Of a stretch of 32,000 bases of DNA, positions 1-9,248 are shown in pieces. The DNA lies in sequence record MK250029.1. One strand, given 5' to 3'. The number at the start of each line of letters is the position of its first letter. Positions within the stretch are counted from its first letter, which is position 1. The DNA comes from Prevotella phage Lak-C1. A model generated the notes under the pieces. It was given only the letters and a program-made list of their open reading frames with translations. It was not told the DNA's origin and made no database searches. The position numbers were made by a program, and so were the translations under genes.

Positions 1-704
1 AAACTACCATCTATACGTTCTGCAATAATAATCTTATTGATACGTCTGCGAAGATCATCAATATCACGTGCCATACAGAAAACTGCCATTAATTCAGAAG
101 CGGGTGTAATATCAAATCCTGTTTGAATTAATTTACCATATTTCTGTGTTGTATATATTGTTCGAAGAGAACGATCATTAATATCTAAACAACGTCTAAA
201 TGTAATATTTTTAATTTTTGATTCTTCTTCTGGATTCTGATAAAAATAATTATCAATAGCAGCTGCAATCATATTATTTGCAGTTGTTATAGCATGAAAA
301 TCACCAGTAAAATGTAAATTAATTTTATCCATAGGAACAATCTGTGAATAACCACCACCACATGCACCTCCTTTCATTCCGAAACAAGGTCCTAATGATG
401 GTTCGCGTAACACCGCGATTGAATTTTTCTTGAGTTTTCGAAGTGCATCATTCAATCCAATACTTACAGTTGTTTTACCAATACCAGATTTAGTAGGACT
501 AATAGAAGTAACAAGAATAAGATGTTTATCTGTATAACTTGTATACGGTTTCATTAATTCCAAAGGAATCTTTCCCATATACTTTCCATACATTTCAATA
601 TTTCCATTTGATGGTATATTACCTGTAGGAAATAATTTATTAAAAACACAATCAATACTTTGCATAGATGCTTCTTGAGCAATCTGAATATCTGATTTCA
701 TCAT
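1..704 (-). CDS. fhs: Formate--tetrahydrofolate ligase (formyl-THF synthetase), N-terminal part, truncated by window edge
   Basis: Reverse frame from ATG at 704 stays open to the window edge: MMKSDIQIAQEASMQSIDCV...GKYMGKIPLEL...KHLILVTSISPTKSGIGKTTVSIGLNDAL...AVLREPSLGPCFGMKGGACGGGYSQIVPMDKINLHFTGDFHAITTANNMIAAAIDN...FDITPASELMAVFCMARDIDDLRRRINKI. Matches hallmark FTHFS motifs (P-loop GxGKTT, REPSLGPxFGxKGGAxGGGYxQV, INLHFTGDFHAI, GFDITxASExMAxFC). Confidence 0.93.
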   Translation of the reverse strand, partial: MMKSDIQIAQEASMQSIDCVFNKLFPTGNIPSNGNIEMYGKYMGKIPLELMKPYTSYTDKHLILVTSISPTKSGIGKTTVSIGLNDALRKLKKNSIAVLREPSLGPCFGMKGGACGGGYSQIVPMDKINLHFTGDFHAITTANNMIAAAIDNYFYQNPEEESKIKNITFRRCLDINDRSLRTIYTTQKYGKLIQTGFDITPASELMAVFCMARDIDDLRRRINKIIIAERIDGS

Positions 705-772
705 AAATTTTTTTATTATAAATTCAACTTACTTTTTATACAATAAATTATATAAAAAGTTATATAAAAATT

Positions 773-806
773 ATAGGAGAATAACAAACGAATGTTATTC
801 TCCTAT
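773..806. terminator. Hairpin terminator (ATAGGAGAATAAC-8 nt-GTTATTCTCCTAT)
   Basis: Perfect 13-bp stem between the gene ending at 866 (-) and fhs start at 704, T-rich on both flanks. Confidence 0.75.
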
Positions 807-865
807 TTTTATTATATTAAATTATGTTTGTATCTGAATTTAAACGTATTCACAAAGTTATTTAA

Positions 866-1372
866 TTAATCGTTAAAACATTTACAATTTATTGTCCTCC
901 ATTCAGTATCACCTGATAATTCTCCTGTTTTAAACTTTTCATAAAATGGACAAATTCCTTTACCATTATATTCATGTCCTTCTGATGTTAAATCACCTGG
1001 AAAATTATCACAATTACAACAGAGATCTTCAAATCTGTATGGATTATCTTTATTTTCCATATATTCATCAAGTTCTTCTTGATCTTCTTTTGAAAGTTTC
1101 CTGTCATTTAATCGTTTTTTATGTTCTTCTTTAATATCAAAACGTTTATTATCTGTCATTACAGTTCCTGTATTTTTTATCAATACACCAAATCTGTCTT
1201 TTGTAAAATTCTGCCATGATTCAGCAGGGTTTTCACGTATAGATTTTATTGTTCTTGGTTTCCTCTGCTTAATAGGAGAAATGTAATTCCATAATACACG
1301 TGAATTCCAAAGTTTCTTTAATCTTGAAATCCATTTTTTCTTCTGACGATAACGTCGCTCGGCTCTATTCAT
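866..1372 (-). CDS. Hypothetical protein, 168 aa, basic N terminus and Cys-containing C terminus
   Basis: Intact ORF, TAA stop. Confidence 0.7.
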   Translation of the reverse strand: MNRAERRYRQKKKWISRLKKLWNSRVLWNYISPIKQRKPRTIKSIRENPAESWQNFTKDRFGVLIKNTGTVMTDNKRFDIKEEHKKRLNDRKLSKEDQEELDEYMENKDNPYRFEDLCCNCDNFPGDLTSEGHEYNGKGICPFYEKFKTGELSGDTEWRTINCKCFND

Positions 1373-1538
1373 TTCTTTTGATATAAAAATTTTAAATTAG
1401 ATACATGTCAGTAACATATATATTAATCCCAAAATTACAAACATAATTATTACCTATATAATGGAAATTATGTGAATACGTATATCTTTATTCATTCAAT
1501 AAAATAAATTTTATATATTATACTTAGAAAGTATATTA

Positions 1539-2057
1539 ATGTCTTAATGTTCTTTCAGAAAGTAAAACATCAAGCTTATTATTCATATCTAAAATTTGAT
1601 TTTTCAAATCTCCAATACACTATATCTGCTCTTTGTTTTCTATCAAAAATTGTTGAATTTTTTTAAGTTTTTCATCAAAAATTATCTAATTTTTCTCAAT
1701 TTTTTCAATGTTTTCTTTATCCTATTGTTTTTCTGCAATAAATTTAACAATCTCTATTAATGCATCATTATCTAATATATTAAATGACATTGTTTTGATT
1801 TCTTTGTCATTATAATCTACATATTTTACATCTATATGATTAATATAATTTTTACTATATGATAACATACTACCAGATGCACCACCTGCTATTAAATTAA
1901 TATCCAATATACGAGATGATATTATTTCACCATTTGACACAATAACACCTGATTTTGTTATAGGATCTTCACCAAAGCAGAATAAATTACTTTTATATGC
2001 ACCAATACGTTTAAGTACATTCTTTACATTTCCTTTTGCGAATATAATATCACTCAT
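1539..2057 (-). CDS. Hypothetical protein, 172 aa, with coiled-coil-like C terminus, contains TAG codons
   Basis: Track ORF 1722..2057 ends at TAG. Reading TAG as Gln continues ...AEKQQDKENIEKIEKNQIIFDEKLKKIQQFLIENKEQIQCIGDLKNQILDMNNKLDVLLSERTLRH to TAA at 1539. Confidence 0.75.
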
Positions 2058-2131
2058 TATTAAAGTAACTATTTCTTTATTCTATTTATTGATTTTTAAT
2101 AAATATATAAAGTTTATTTTAATTAAAGAAG

Positions 2132-2578
2132 ATGAATAATAATCAATACGAAATACTACCAACTGCAAAATCTAATATTAATGCATATAACCGTTATCCA
2201 TTTACATGTTATGAAGAAGCAGTTCAGAATATTATGTAGAAAAATTTAAAACCTGGAGAATAGGCTGTTGCATATTATTTTGATGAAAATTCTATTATAG
2301 GTATAAGTGCAATAACTGCATTTGGAAATTTAAAAAAAGCAGGAAATATTATTTTTAAAAGTGGTCAGGATCTCGATAGAGATCTAGAACATTTGCATAA
2401 AGATGTTGTTATGCACAAAAAGGTAATTAATAATATGGTTGATACTATTAATCATGCAAATAAAAACTGGTCATAGATTGAAGGTAGAATTAAAAAAATA
2501 GAATAGAAATTTGATAAAGAACATGATACATTACATGTACAAGTAATCGATTTAGATAATTATGATTTAGATGTTTAA
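2132..2578 (+). CDS. Hypothetical protein, 148 aa, TAG-recoded
   Basis: ATG at 2132, frame open to TAA at 2576 only if TAG is sense: MNNNQYEILPTAKSNINAYNRYPFTCYEEAVQNIMQKNLKPGEQAVAYYFDENSIIGISAITAFGNLKKAG...VQVIDLDNYDLDV. Confidence 0.8.
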
Positions 2579-2581
2579 AAT

Positions 2582-2626
2582 AATAAAGGATTATAACTCA
2601 ATAAAAATGAATTATAATCCTTTATT
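2582..2626. terminator. Bidirectional terminator between convergent genes
   Basis: AATAAAGGATTATAA-15 nt-TTATAATCCTTTATT, perfect 15-bp stem between the + gene ending 2578 and the - gene ending 2635. Confidence 0.85.
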
Positions 2627-2634
2627 TGTTTCTT

Positions 2635-2817
2635 TTAAAATAAAGACGCAATCTTTCCTTTAATGTGATTTTTAACATCACTAATAATTGTAATTTTCTT
2701 CGTATCCTTCTTTTTCTCAGGAACGAAATTAAATTGTGGAGTCACATCAAAATCCAAACCTTTTGAAGGACATCCAGGACAAATCTTTACCCGTCGCGGT
2801 GCCATTTTTTTTACCAT
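2635..2817 (-). CDS. Hypothetical small basic protein, 60 aa, with CPGC motif
   Basis: Intact ORF, TAA stop. Confidence 0.55.
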   Translation of the reverse strand: MVKKMAPRRVKICPGCPSKGLDFDVTPQFNFVPEKKKDTKKITIISDVKNHIKGKIASLF

Positions 2818-2850
2818 TAGTTTCCTCTAAAAATTTAATTATTAAAATAT

Positions 2851-3222
2851 TTATTTTTCTTTTGTAAGATCCTTCAAGTTGAAGATCTTAGTCTTTAATG
2901 GTTCAACTTCTTTACCATCTATTACTTCATACATAGAAAATACATATTTATCAGTAAAACCTTGACATTTCCCCAATACAACACCTTTAAATATTTTTTC
3001 AGAAGGTTTATGAAAAACTTTCATTTTTATTTTTTCATTATCTAATAGTCTAGATTGTCTATCTAAAAATGATTGAGTTAATACATAATCATCTTCAACT
3101 TCATTTGATGTGTCATCTTCATTTTCATTTGATGTATCTTCAGTATCATCTTCATTTTCTACATCCTGAAGATACATCATTTCTTCTAAATCTATATTAG
3201 CTTCGTCGTACATGTTAAACAT
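2851..3222 (-). CDS. Hypothetical protein with acidic N terminus, 123 aa
   Basis: Intact ORF. Confidence 0.65.
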   Translation of the reverse strand: MFNMYDEANIDLEEMMYLQDVENEDDTEDTSNENEDDTSNEVEDDYVLTQSFLDRQSRLLDNEKIKMKVFHKPSEKIFKGVVLGKCQGFTDKYVFSMYEVIDGKEVEPLKTKIFNLKDLTKEK

Positions 3223-3283
3223 AGTTGTTAGATTATTTTATAAATTTAATTTGTTTATTTATACAACAATCTAAAATTAATTT

Positions 3284-4096
3284 TTAATAGTAGTCAGATA
3301 ACTTAATTTGTGATTCATATACATTATCATTTTTATAATCAATTCTATCATTTTTATCATTTCTTATATCTGATAAAATTTCTTTCTTATCTGCTTGAAT
3401 AACCAAAGGAATTGTAGAAATATAAGAATTAATTATTTTATCATTTATCGGTGCTTTATATAATGGTCCATCTGCAACCCAGAAAAACTTATCCATAAAT
3501 GCAATATAATATTGCATGCCTTTCCTAGATAATGCATACATTGAAGCATTCCATAATGCAACATCTTTATGAGTTGTCCAATATATATTATCATCATATT
3601 TTTCTAATATATTTTTTGCACGTGGATCTGTAGTAAATCCTCCAAATTGAAGTATATCATAATCTACAGGTATATTATGAATAAAAGTTAAAAAAGTCTC
3701 ATTATTTTTTAAAAATTTTATATCATCTTCCATTACTAATATATTAGAAAATCCTCTATCATAACATTCTTTTACAATTGCATAATGATTTCTTGCACAA
3801 TCATATTCATTTGCTTTTGTAAATCTACCTTTTCCTGATTCATTAAATGCAGATGCTATTAAACCATTATAAGGAAATTTTGTCGTATAATGATAACGTA
3901 ACCATGTACTTTCATTAATATTATCAAAATTCATTTCCTTAAATTGTGTTTCCATATTATTTCTGCGATCTTTCCGATCACTTAAGTTTAATACATAACA
4001 TATATCAAACTTTTCTTTTAATACATCTTGTAATTTTTCCATAATAATAAAAAACTCTAATAGATAAATGTTAAAAATATCTATTAGAGCATACAT
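3284..4096 (-). CDS. Glycosyltransferase, family 25-like (LPS biosynthesis type)
   Basis: CYVLNLSDRKDRRNNM...ARNHYAIVKECYDRGFSNILVMEDDIKFLK matches the GT25 N-terminal pattern and EDD motif. The true start may be the internal Met of MEKLQDVL. Confidence 0.75.
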   Translation of the reverse strand: MYALIDIFNIYLLEFFIIMEKLQDVLKEKFDICYVLNLSDRKDRRNNMETQFKEMNFDNINESTWLRYHYTTKFPYNGLIASAFNESGKGRFTKANEYDCARNHYAIVKECYDRGFSNILVMEDDIKFLKNNETFLTFIHNIPVDYDILQFGGFTTDPRAKNILEKYDDNIYWTTHKDVALWNASMYALSRKGMQYYIAFMDKFFWVADGPLYKAPINDKIINSYISTIPLVIQADKKEILSDIRNDKNDRIDYKNDNVYESQIKLSDYY

Positions 4097-4097
4097 T

Positions 4098-4643
4098 TTA
4101 CATTTTTAATATATCTTGCATATTAACTGGTTCTGTATTAGTATTTTTAGGTTTTCTTACTATTTGTTTCACTTGTGGTTGTTCAAAATAAATACCACTC
4201 TTATTATATTTACCTTTATCATATGCTCGTTCAATAGCTTTACGAACTCTACGCTTTGTTTTACCATCCATCATATAATGATGCTGCTGATAATAAAGTT
4301 CACCTTGCTGATACATCATAGATTCAATAAACTGCTTTCTCTGCTCATGCTTTTGCTTTGTTTTTTCTCTTATATCTGATTCTGATTTTGCTTTTGCAAT
4401 AGCTGCTTGTGTAATAAGAGTATTCATACCAGATTCTTCATTTAAAGTCTCTACTTGCTTATCTAAATTATTATCAATAGGTGTACCTGGAATTACTGTA
4501 TTACCATCATCATATGCATATGATCTTTCAATTCTATCTTGTACTTTATCTTTAGATAACAACATTTTATTTAATGTTTCATTATCAATAACTGAACCAT
4601 TTTCAGTAATATAATTATTTAATGTGTTACTATATGCGGGCAT
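4098..4643 (-). CDS. Hypothetical protein, 181 aa
   Basis: Intact ORF, charged/helical composition. Confidence 0.65.
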   Translation of the reverse strand: MPAYSNTLNNYITENGSVIDNETLNKMLLSKDKVQDRIERSYAYDDGNTVIPGTPIDNNLDKQVETLNEESGMNTLITQAAIAKAKSESDIREKTKQKHEQRKQFIESMMYQQGELYYQQHHYMMDGKTKRRVRKAIERAYDKGKYNKSGIYFEQPQVKQIVRKPKNTNTEPVNMQDILKM

Positions 4644-4667
4644 AATTTATTAGTTGTATTTTTTAAT

Positions 4668-5054
4668 TTAAAATGAATGTATATTATTATCAAGACTTGT
4701 CATTTCAGATGCTTTAAATTTACCATAAATCTTATTCCATCCTTTTGATAAACCATTACATAACATACTGGTATAATATGCGAATGGATTACTAAATCGT
4801 TCTGGATCAAAGCTTCGCCAATACATTGCAACATCCAACATTGCTGTCTGTATACAATCTTCCTTATCCTCTTGACATTTATAATGTTTCTTTTTTGCTA
4901 AATTTTCAGCAATTAACTAAAGCATGACAACAGCATTATATGTAAGTTCATCTCTCTATTTTGAAAGAACTATTTCTTTCATTAACTCTTTATTCTACAC
5001 ATATGGTTTTCCACCTTTAGTTTTAATACCTTCTACTTTACTAAAATCTTCCAT
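4668..5054 (-). CDS. T4 gp55-like late-transcription sigma factor, 128 aa, TAG-recoded
   Basis: Absent from the track because of three in-frame TAGs. Recoded: MEDFSKVEGIKTKGGKPYVQNKELMKEIVLSKQRDELTYNAVVMLQLIAENLAKKKHYKCQEDKEDCIQTAMLDVAMYWRSFDPERFSNPFAYYTSMLYNGLSKGWNKIYGKFKASEMTSLDNNIHSF. Layout resembles T4 gp55 (NNKELL, LIAEGLSKRF, DGIEASIKGLHNFD..KYKNPHAYITQACFNAF). Confidence 0.75.
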
Positions 5055-5070
5055 GGTTTTTAAATAAAAA

Positions 5071-5102
5071 TAGCTATTTCTTATTTTACTAAGAAATAGC
5101 TA
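5071..5102 (-). terminator. Intrinsic terminator downstream of dnaJ
   Basis: TAGCTATTTCTTA-TTTTAC-TAAGAAATAGCTA (13-bp stem, 6-nt loop), followed on - strand by TTTTTATTT. Confidence 0.85.
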
Positions 5103-5118
5103 AAAAGTTTTAATAAAT

Positions 5119-6204
5119 TCATTTATTAATTGCTTCCAAATGTTCTTTTTCATTAGGTGTTAAATTATCAGGAATCAAATAATGTACGCATACAAAATAA
5201 TCTCCTCTTTGATTCATATCAGGTCGTTTAAGACCTTCACCAGATAATCGCATAACTGTACCTTCTTTAATACAACTCTGTAACTTTATTGTTTTTGATA
5301 CACCAGAAGGTATATTAACTGTATATGAGCAACCAAGTAATAGTTTATAATAAGGTACATGAATATGCTCTATTACATTCAAACCATCAACTTGATATTT
5401 GTTTGTATCAAATTTATAATCAGCTATAGCAATAAAATTACCATTCTGCCCAACTGATTTCTTTGATTCTGATCCTTTACCACTATATACTTTATATTCA
5501 CCATTCTGAATGCCTGTATTAAATTCAATTTCAATCTTTACTTCTTGCTTTTCAAATCCAGAACCACCACAATGATTACATTTATTTTCTACATAGAAAC
5601 CTGTTCCATGACATAATGGACAAATTTCTTCTTGAATTGAAAATGTTCCTCTTCCTATAAGAGACCGGTGAATAATTTTTCCTGCACCATGACACTTTGG
5701 ACATGTTTTCTGTCCAGTTCCACCAGCACCATGACATGACGGACAACGTACATCTCTCTTATATTTAACAACCTTCTTAATACCATTAAATATATCTTCA
5801 ATAGTAACAGGAATTTTCATTTGAATATCTCTGCCTGGTTGAACTTGATTTCTCTGTTGTTTAGCACCTCCAAAACCGCTAAATCCTCCAAATGGATTAA
5901 ATCCTCCAAATGGATCAAAACCCGATCCACCAAATGGATCAAAACCTGAACCACCAAATGGATTTTGCTGACCATTTTCATCACCATATGTATCATAATT
6001 CTGTTTCTTCTGTGGATCACTCAATACTTCATATGCATGATTCACATCCTTAAATTTCTCTTCAGCTTCTTTTACTTCAGATGGTGATTTACCTTTCTGC
6101 ATATCAGGATGATATTTCTTTGAAAGTTTTCTATATGCTGTCTTTAAGTCTTTCTCATTACAATCTCTAGAAACACCTAAAATTTCGTATAAATCTTTTG
6201 CCAT
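5119..6204 (-). CDS. dnaJ: Chaperone DnaJ (Hsp40), 361 aa
   Basis: J domain with HPD (AYRKLSKKYHPDM), Gly/Phe-rich region, four CxxCxGxG-type repeats, C-terminal substrate-binding domain. TGA stop. Confidence 0.97.
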   Translation of the reverse strand: MAKDLYEILGVSRDCNEKDLKTAYRKLSKKYHPDMQKGKSPSEVKEAEEKFKDVNHAYEVLSDPQKKQNYDTYGDENGQQNPFGGSGFDPFGGSGFDPFGGFNPFGGFSGFGGAKQQRNQVQPGRDIQMKIPVTIEDIFNGIKKVVKYKRDVRCPSCHGAGGTGQKTCPKCHGAGKIIHRSLIGRGTFSIQEEICPLCHGTGFYVENKCNHCGGSGFEKQEVKIEIEFNTGIQNGEYKVYSGKGSESKKSVGQNGNFIAIADYKFDTNKYQVDGLNVIEHIHVPYYKLLLGCSYTVNIPSGVSKTIKLQSCIKEGTVMRLSGEGLKRPDMNQRGDYFVCVHYLIPDNLTPNEKEHLEAINK

Positions 6205-6239
6205 ATTTAATAACTATATAATAACGTTTAAAATAAAAA

Positions 6240-6273
6240 GGGAACAGAATACAATCCTCTTGTATACGTTCCC
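6240..6273 (-). terminator. Hairpin between dnaK and dnaJ
   Basis: GGGAAC...ATACAA...TTGTAT...GTTCCC imperfect hairpin, followed on - strand by TTTTTATTTT. Confidence 0.65.
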
Positions 6274-6359
6274 TTCTTCAAATACTTTTACTCACTTTTT
6301 ATAGTTTTCATTTATTCTAAATTAAAATATTGTATTCTATTATTTTATAGAATTTTTAG

Positions 6360-6389
6360 AAGTTAGTCTATAAATTTATAGACTAACTT
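6360..6389. terminator. Perfect 30-nt palindrome downstream of dnaK
   Basis: AAGTTAGTCTATAAATTTATAGACTAACTT located just after the dnaK stop. Confidence 0.65.
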
Positions 6390-6399
6390 TTATATCTTT

Positions 6400-7794
6400 T
6401 TAGACCTCTTCGTATTCTGCTTCCTGAACGTTATCATCTGTCTTTGAATTCTCAGATGTTGAATTATTTGCAGTTGCATCACCAAAACCTGCATTTGCAA
6501 ACATATCGTTAGGGTTTTGTGCAGAATTTTCCTGAGGTTGAGAACCACCAGCATTCTTATACATTTCTTCAACAATTGGCTTAAATACTGTCTCAAGCTC
6601 TACACGTGCAGATGCTGCTGCAGCAGCATCCTTCTTAGAAACTGCATCAAGTACTGCACTAATCTTTGCCTTCAATGTATCTTTCTTATCAGAAGGAATT
6701 GATGAACCTGTCTTCTCATCATCCATATACTTCTGAACCTGTGTTGCATACTGCTCTGCACCATTCAACTTATCAACTTCATCCTTCTTCTTCTTATCTG
6801 TTTCTGCAAACTTCTCTGCATCTGCCTTAATACGTGCAATCTCTTCATCTGAAAGTGCATTAGGAGACTGAATTGTTACCTTCTGCTCTTTATTTGTACC
6901 CTTATCTGTTGCAGTTACCTCAAGAATACCATCTGCGTTAATATCAAATGTTACTTCAATCTGAGGAACACCCTTTGGTGCAGGTGCAATACCCTCCAAA
7001 TTAAAATTACCAATTACCTTATTATCTGCCGACATTGGACGCTCACCCTGAAGAACCTTAATTGTTACTGCAGGCTGATTGTCTACTGCTGTAGTAAATA
7101 CCTGTGACTTACGTGTAGGAATAGTTGTATTTGCATCAATCAACTTTGCCATCTCACAACCATTTACCTCAATACCCAATGAAATTGGTGTTACATCAAG
7201 AAGAAGAACAGAATCTTCTGTTGCATTACCAGCAAGTGTATTTGCCTGAATTGCAGCACCAATGGCAACTGCCTCATCAAAATTACAAGTCTTATTCAAT
7301 GGCTTGTTAAATGACTTCTCCAATGCAGACTGAACTGAAGGAATACGAGAAGAACCACCAACCAAAAGAATCTCACTAATCTGATCTTCTGTAATACCAG
7401 CCTTCTCTACTGCACGATGCGCAATATCAACAACCTTATTTGTCAAATCTTCAGTAAGTCTCTCAAATGTTGCACGATTAAGTGTCTTCATCAACATCTG
7501 TGGAACACCATCAGCAACAGTAATATAAGGAAGATTAATCTCTGTCTGAGTAGCTGTAGACAACTCACACTTTGCTTTCTCTGCTGCTTCTACAAGACGA
7601 GCATATGCCATCTTATCCTTACTCAAATCAATACCTGTATCGTTCTTAAACTCATCAATAAGCCACTGAACAATAGCATTATCATAATTCTGGCCTCCAA
7701 GGAATACATCACCATCTGATGCAAGAACCTCAATCATACCATCAGAAATCTCTACAATAGAAACATCTTCTGTACCCTATTTGTTTCTATTTAA
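6400..7794 (-). CDS. dnaK: DnaK (Hsp70) exon 2
   Basis: Reads (LNRNKQ)GTEDVSIVEISDGMIEVLASDGDVFLGGQNYDNAIV... through the substrate-binding domain to ...VQEAEYEEV. Continues a Hsp70 begun at 9872. Upstream boundary inferred from P1/P10 pairing. Confidence 0.88.
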
Positions 7795-9248
7795 CTTTGT
7801 AAGCTCTTTATCTTACCGAGGAACTTTCATTCCTCAAGACTATCTCTTTCATTTAGAAGTTTTTGATTAAATTCATTTAATTCATAATCAAACACAAACT
7901 TAAAATATAAATTTTTTTTATTACAATAATCAATACATGCATTATTTTTAGCTTCAATTTTACCAGATTTTAAATCATCTCTATAAAACTTATTTTTCGC
8001 CTTAAGTTCTATAATATATTTAAACTATGGTAAATAAAAATCTGTTATATATGTTCTTACTTTATTATCAAAATTATATGTAATTTCTTTACCATTTTCT
8101 ATTTTAATATTATTAGAAATACAAAAATCAATAAAAACTTTTTCAATACCAGACTAATATGTAATATTAGTATTTTCATATTTTCTTATAGGATAAGTAG
8201 TATTTACTAATTTACATTTTCTACATTGAATATTTGATAAATCTTGTAATCGTATATTATTTGTATGTATTTTAAATATACGCCCACATATATTACATTT
8301 TAAAAATATATATTTTATTGTTTCTTTTGTAATACCATTATCAAAAGAAATCTTAGATGTAAATTTAAATTGATTATTTGTATGTTCAGTATAATAATAT
8401 ATGATATTATTTAATATATCTTTTGTTATTAAATGATTATTAATTTTATAAATATATGGTAAATATTTTTTAAATTCTTCTGGTGATAAATGATTTCGTT
8501 TATAATTCTCTTTAAATTCGTTATCATATTCATCAAATGATTTTAATATTACTTGTTTATTCTCTTTTACTTTACCTTTATAATTTGCAATTACATAATC
8601 ATCAAAATATCTATCCTAACAGCAATTAATACAATGTAATTTTGTTTTTAAAAAATATTTCTATAATAATATTTTATGTTCACGTCCACATCTGCATTTA
8701 TATAAAATAAAATATGAACGATACTATTTAACTGTTAATGATATATTATCTACATATATAACTAAACTTGTAACTGATGAAAACTTTCTTTTTTCAAATT
8801 TATAAGTTATCTTATTAAATTTAATTTCTTCATTATTTTCATCATATAATTTAAGTATGTGTTCAATCAATAAATCAAAGAACTCTGTATTAATCATAAG
8901 ATAAACATTTATTTTTAATATTTATCTTTATATCACTTGTACCACTTCTAAACTACCCCGCATTCGTGGAAATTTCTTCCTAAATAATTAGGATTACTCT
9001 TTCTAGTCGTTGAACCTTTATCTTGTTACCAAGATACTTGGCTGCTCTATCTTAATATTCTTAAGATTTACGTCGGTCACCCAATTCTTAAACTTTTTAC
9101 CATACCCAACACATTAAAGTTGGTGCAAATTAGTATGTCACCATCTAATAGCGGTATTTAAGACCATTTTTATCATTAGTTATAAACTAACGTGGGACTC
9201 TCAGCAATTAACGGAGTTTTAATTTTTCACTTGCTTTAGTGATTAAGC
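7795..9248 (-). other. Self-splicing group I intron inside dnaK (~1454 nt)
   Basis: On - strand: Q-like GAGCAGCCAAG (9047-9037), P6-like ATCTTG/CAAGAT, R GGTTCAACGACTAGAA (9016-9001), S AGAGATAGTC (7847-7838), P9 hairpin GAGGAA-TGAAAG-TTCCTC. IGS TAAAGCAAG complements the ligated exons CTTGCT|TTA (P1+P10). Intron 3' base is G. Confidence 0.87.
7827..8897 (-). CDS. Intron-encoded homing endonuclease, PD-(D/E)XK / Vsr-like, 356 aa, TAG-recoded
   Basis: Missed by the track. MINTEFFDLLIEHILKLYDENNEEIKFNKI...YKCRCGREHKILLQKYFLKTKLHCINCCQDRYF...KVRTYITDFYLPQFKYIIELKAKNRFYRDDLKSGKIEAKNNACIDYCNKKNLYFKFVFDYELNEFNQKLLNERDSLEE, TGA stop. Lies between the R and S core elements (P8 position), and its 3' end overlaps S. 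Confidence 0.75.

Noticed and set aside
946-1134. + strand ORFs 946..1134, 4116..4379, 11689..12054, 12714..12965, 17111..17389, 17209..17394, 19504..19767 and 19855..20181
   Set aside because: All lie antisense to better supported - strand genes in a compact phage layout.
5817-6020. + strand ORF antisense to dnaJ (67 aa)
   Set aside because: Low-complexity shadow of the Gly/Phe-rich region of dnaJ; no independent support.
6517-7719. + strand ORFs 6517..6702, 7125..7310, 7417..7719 and - strand 6390..6596
   Set aside because: Overlap dnaK in other frames; shadows of codon-biased coding sequence.
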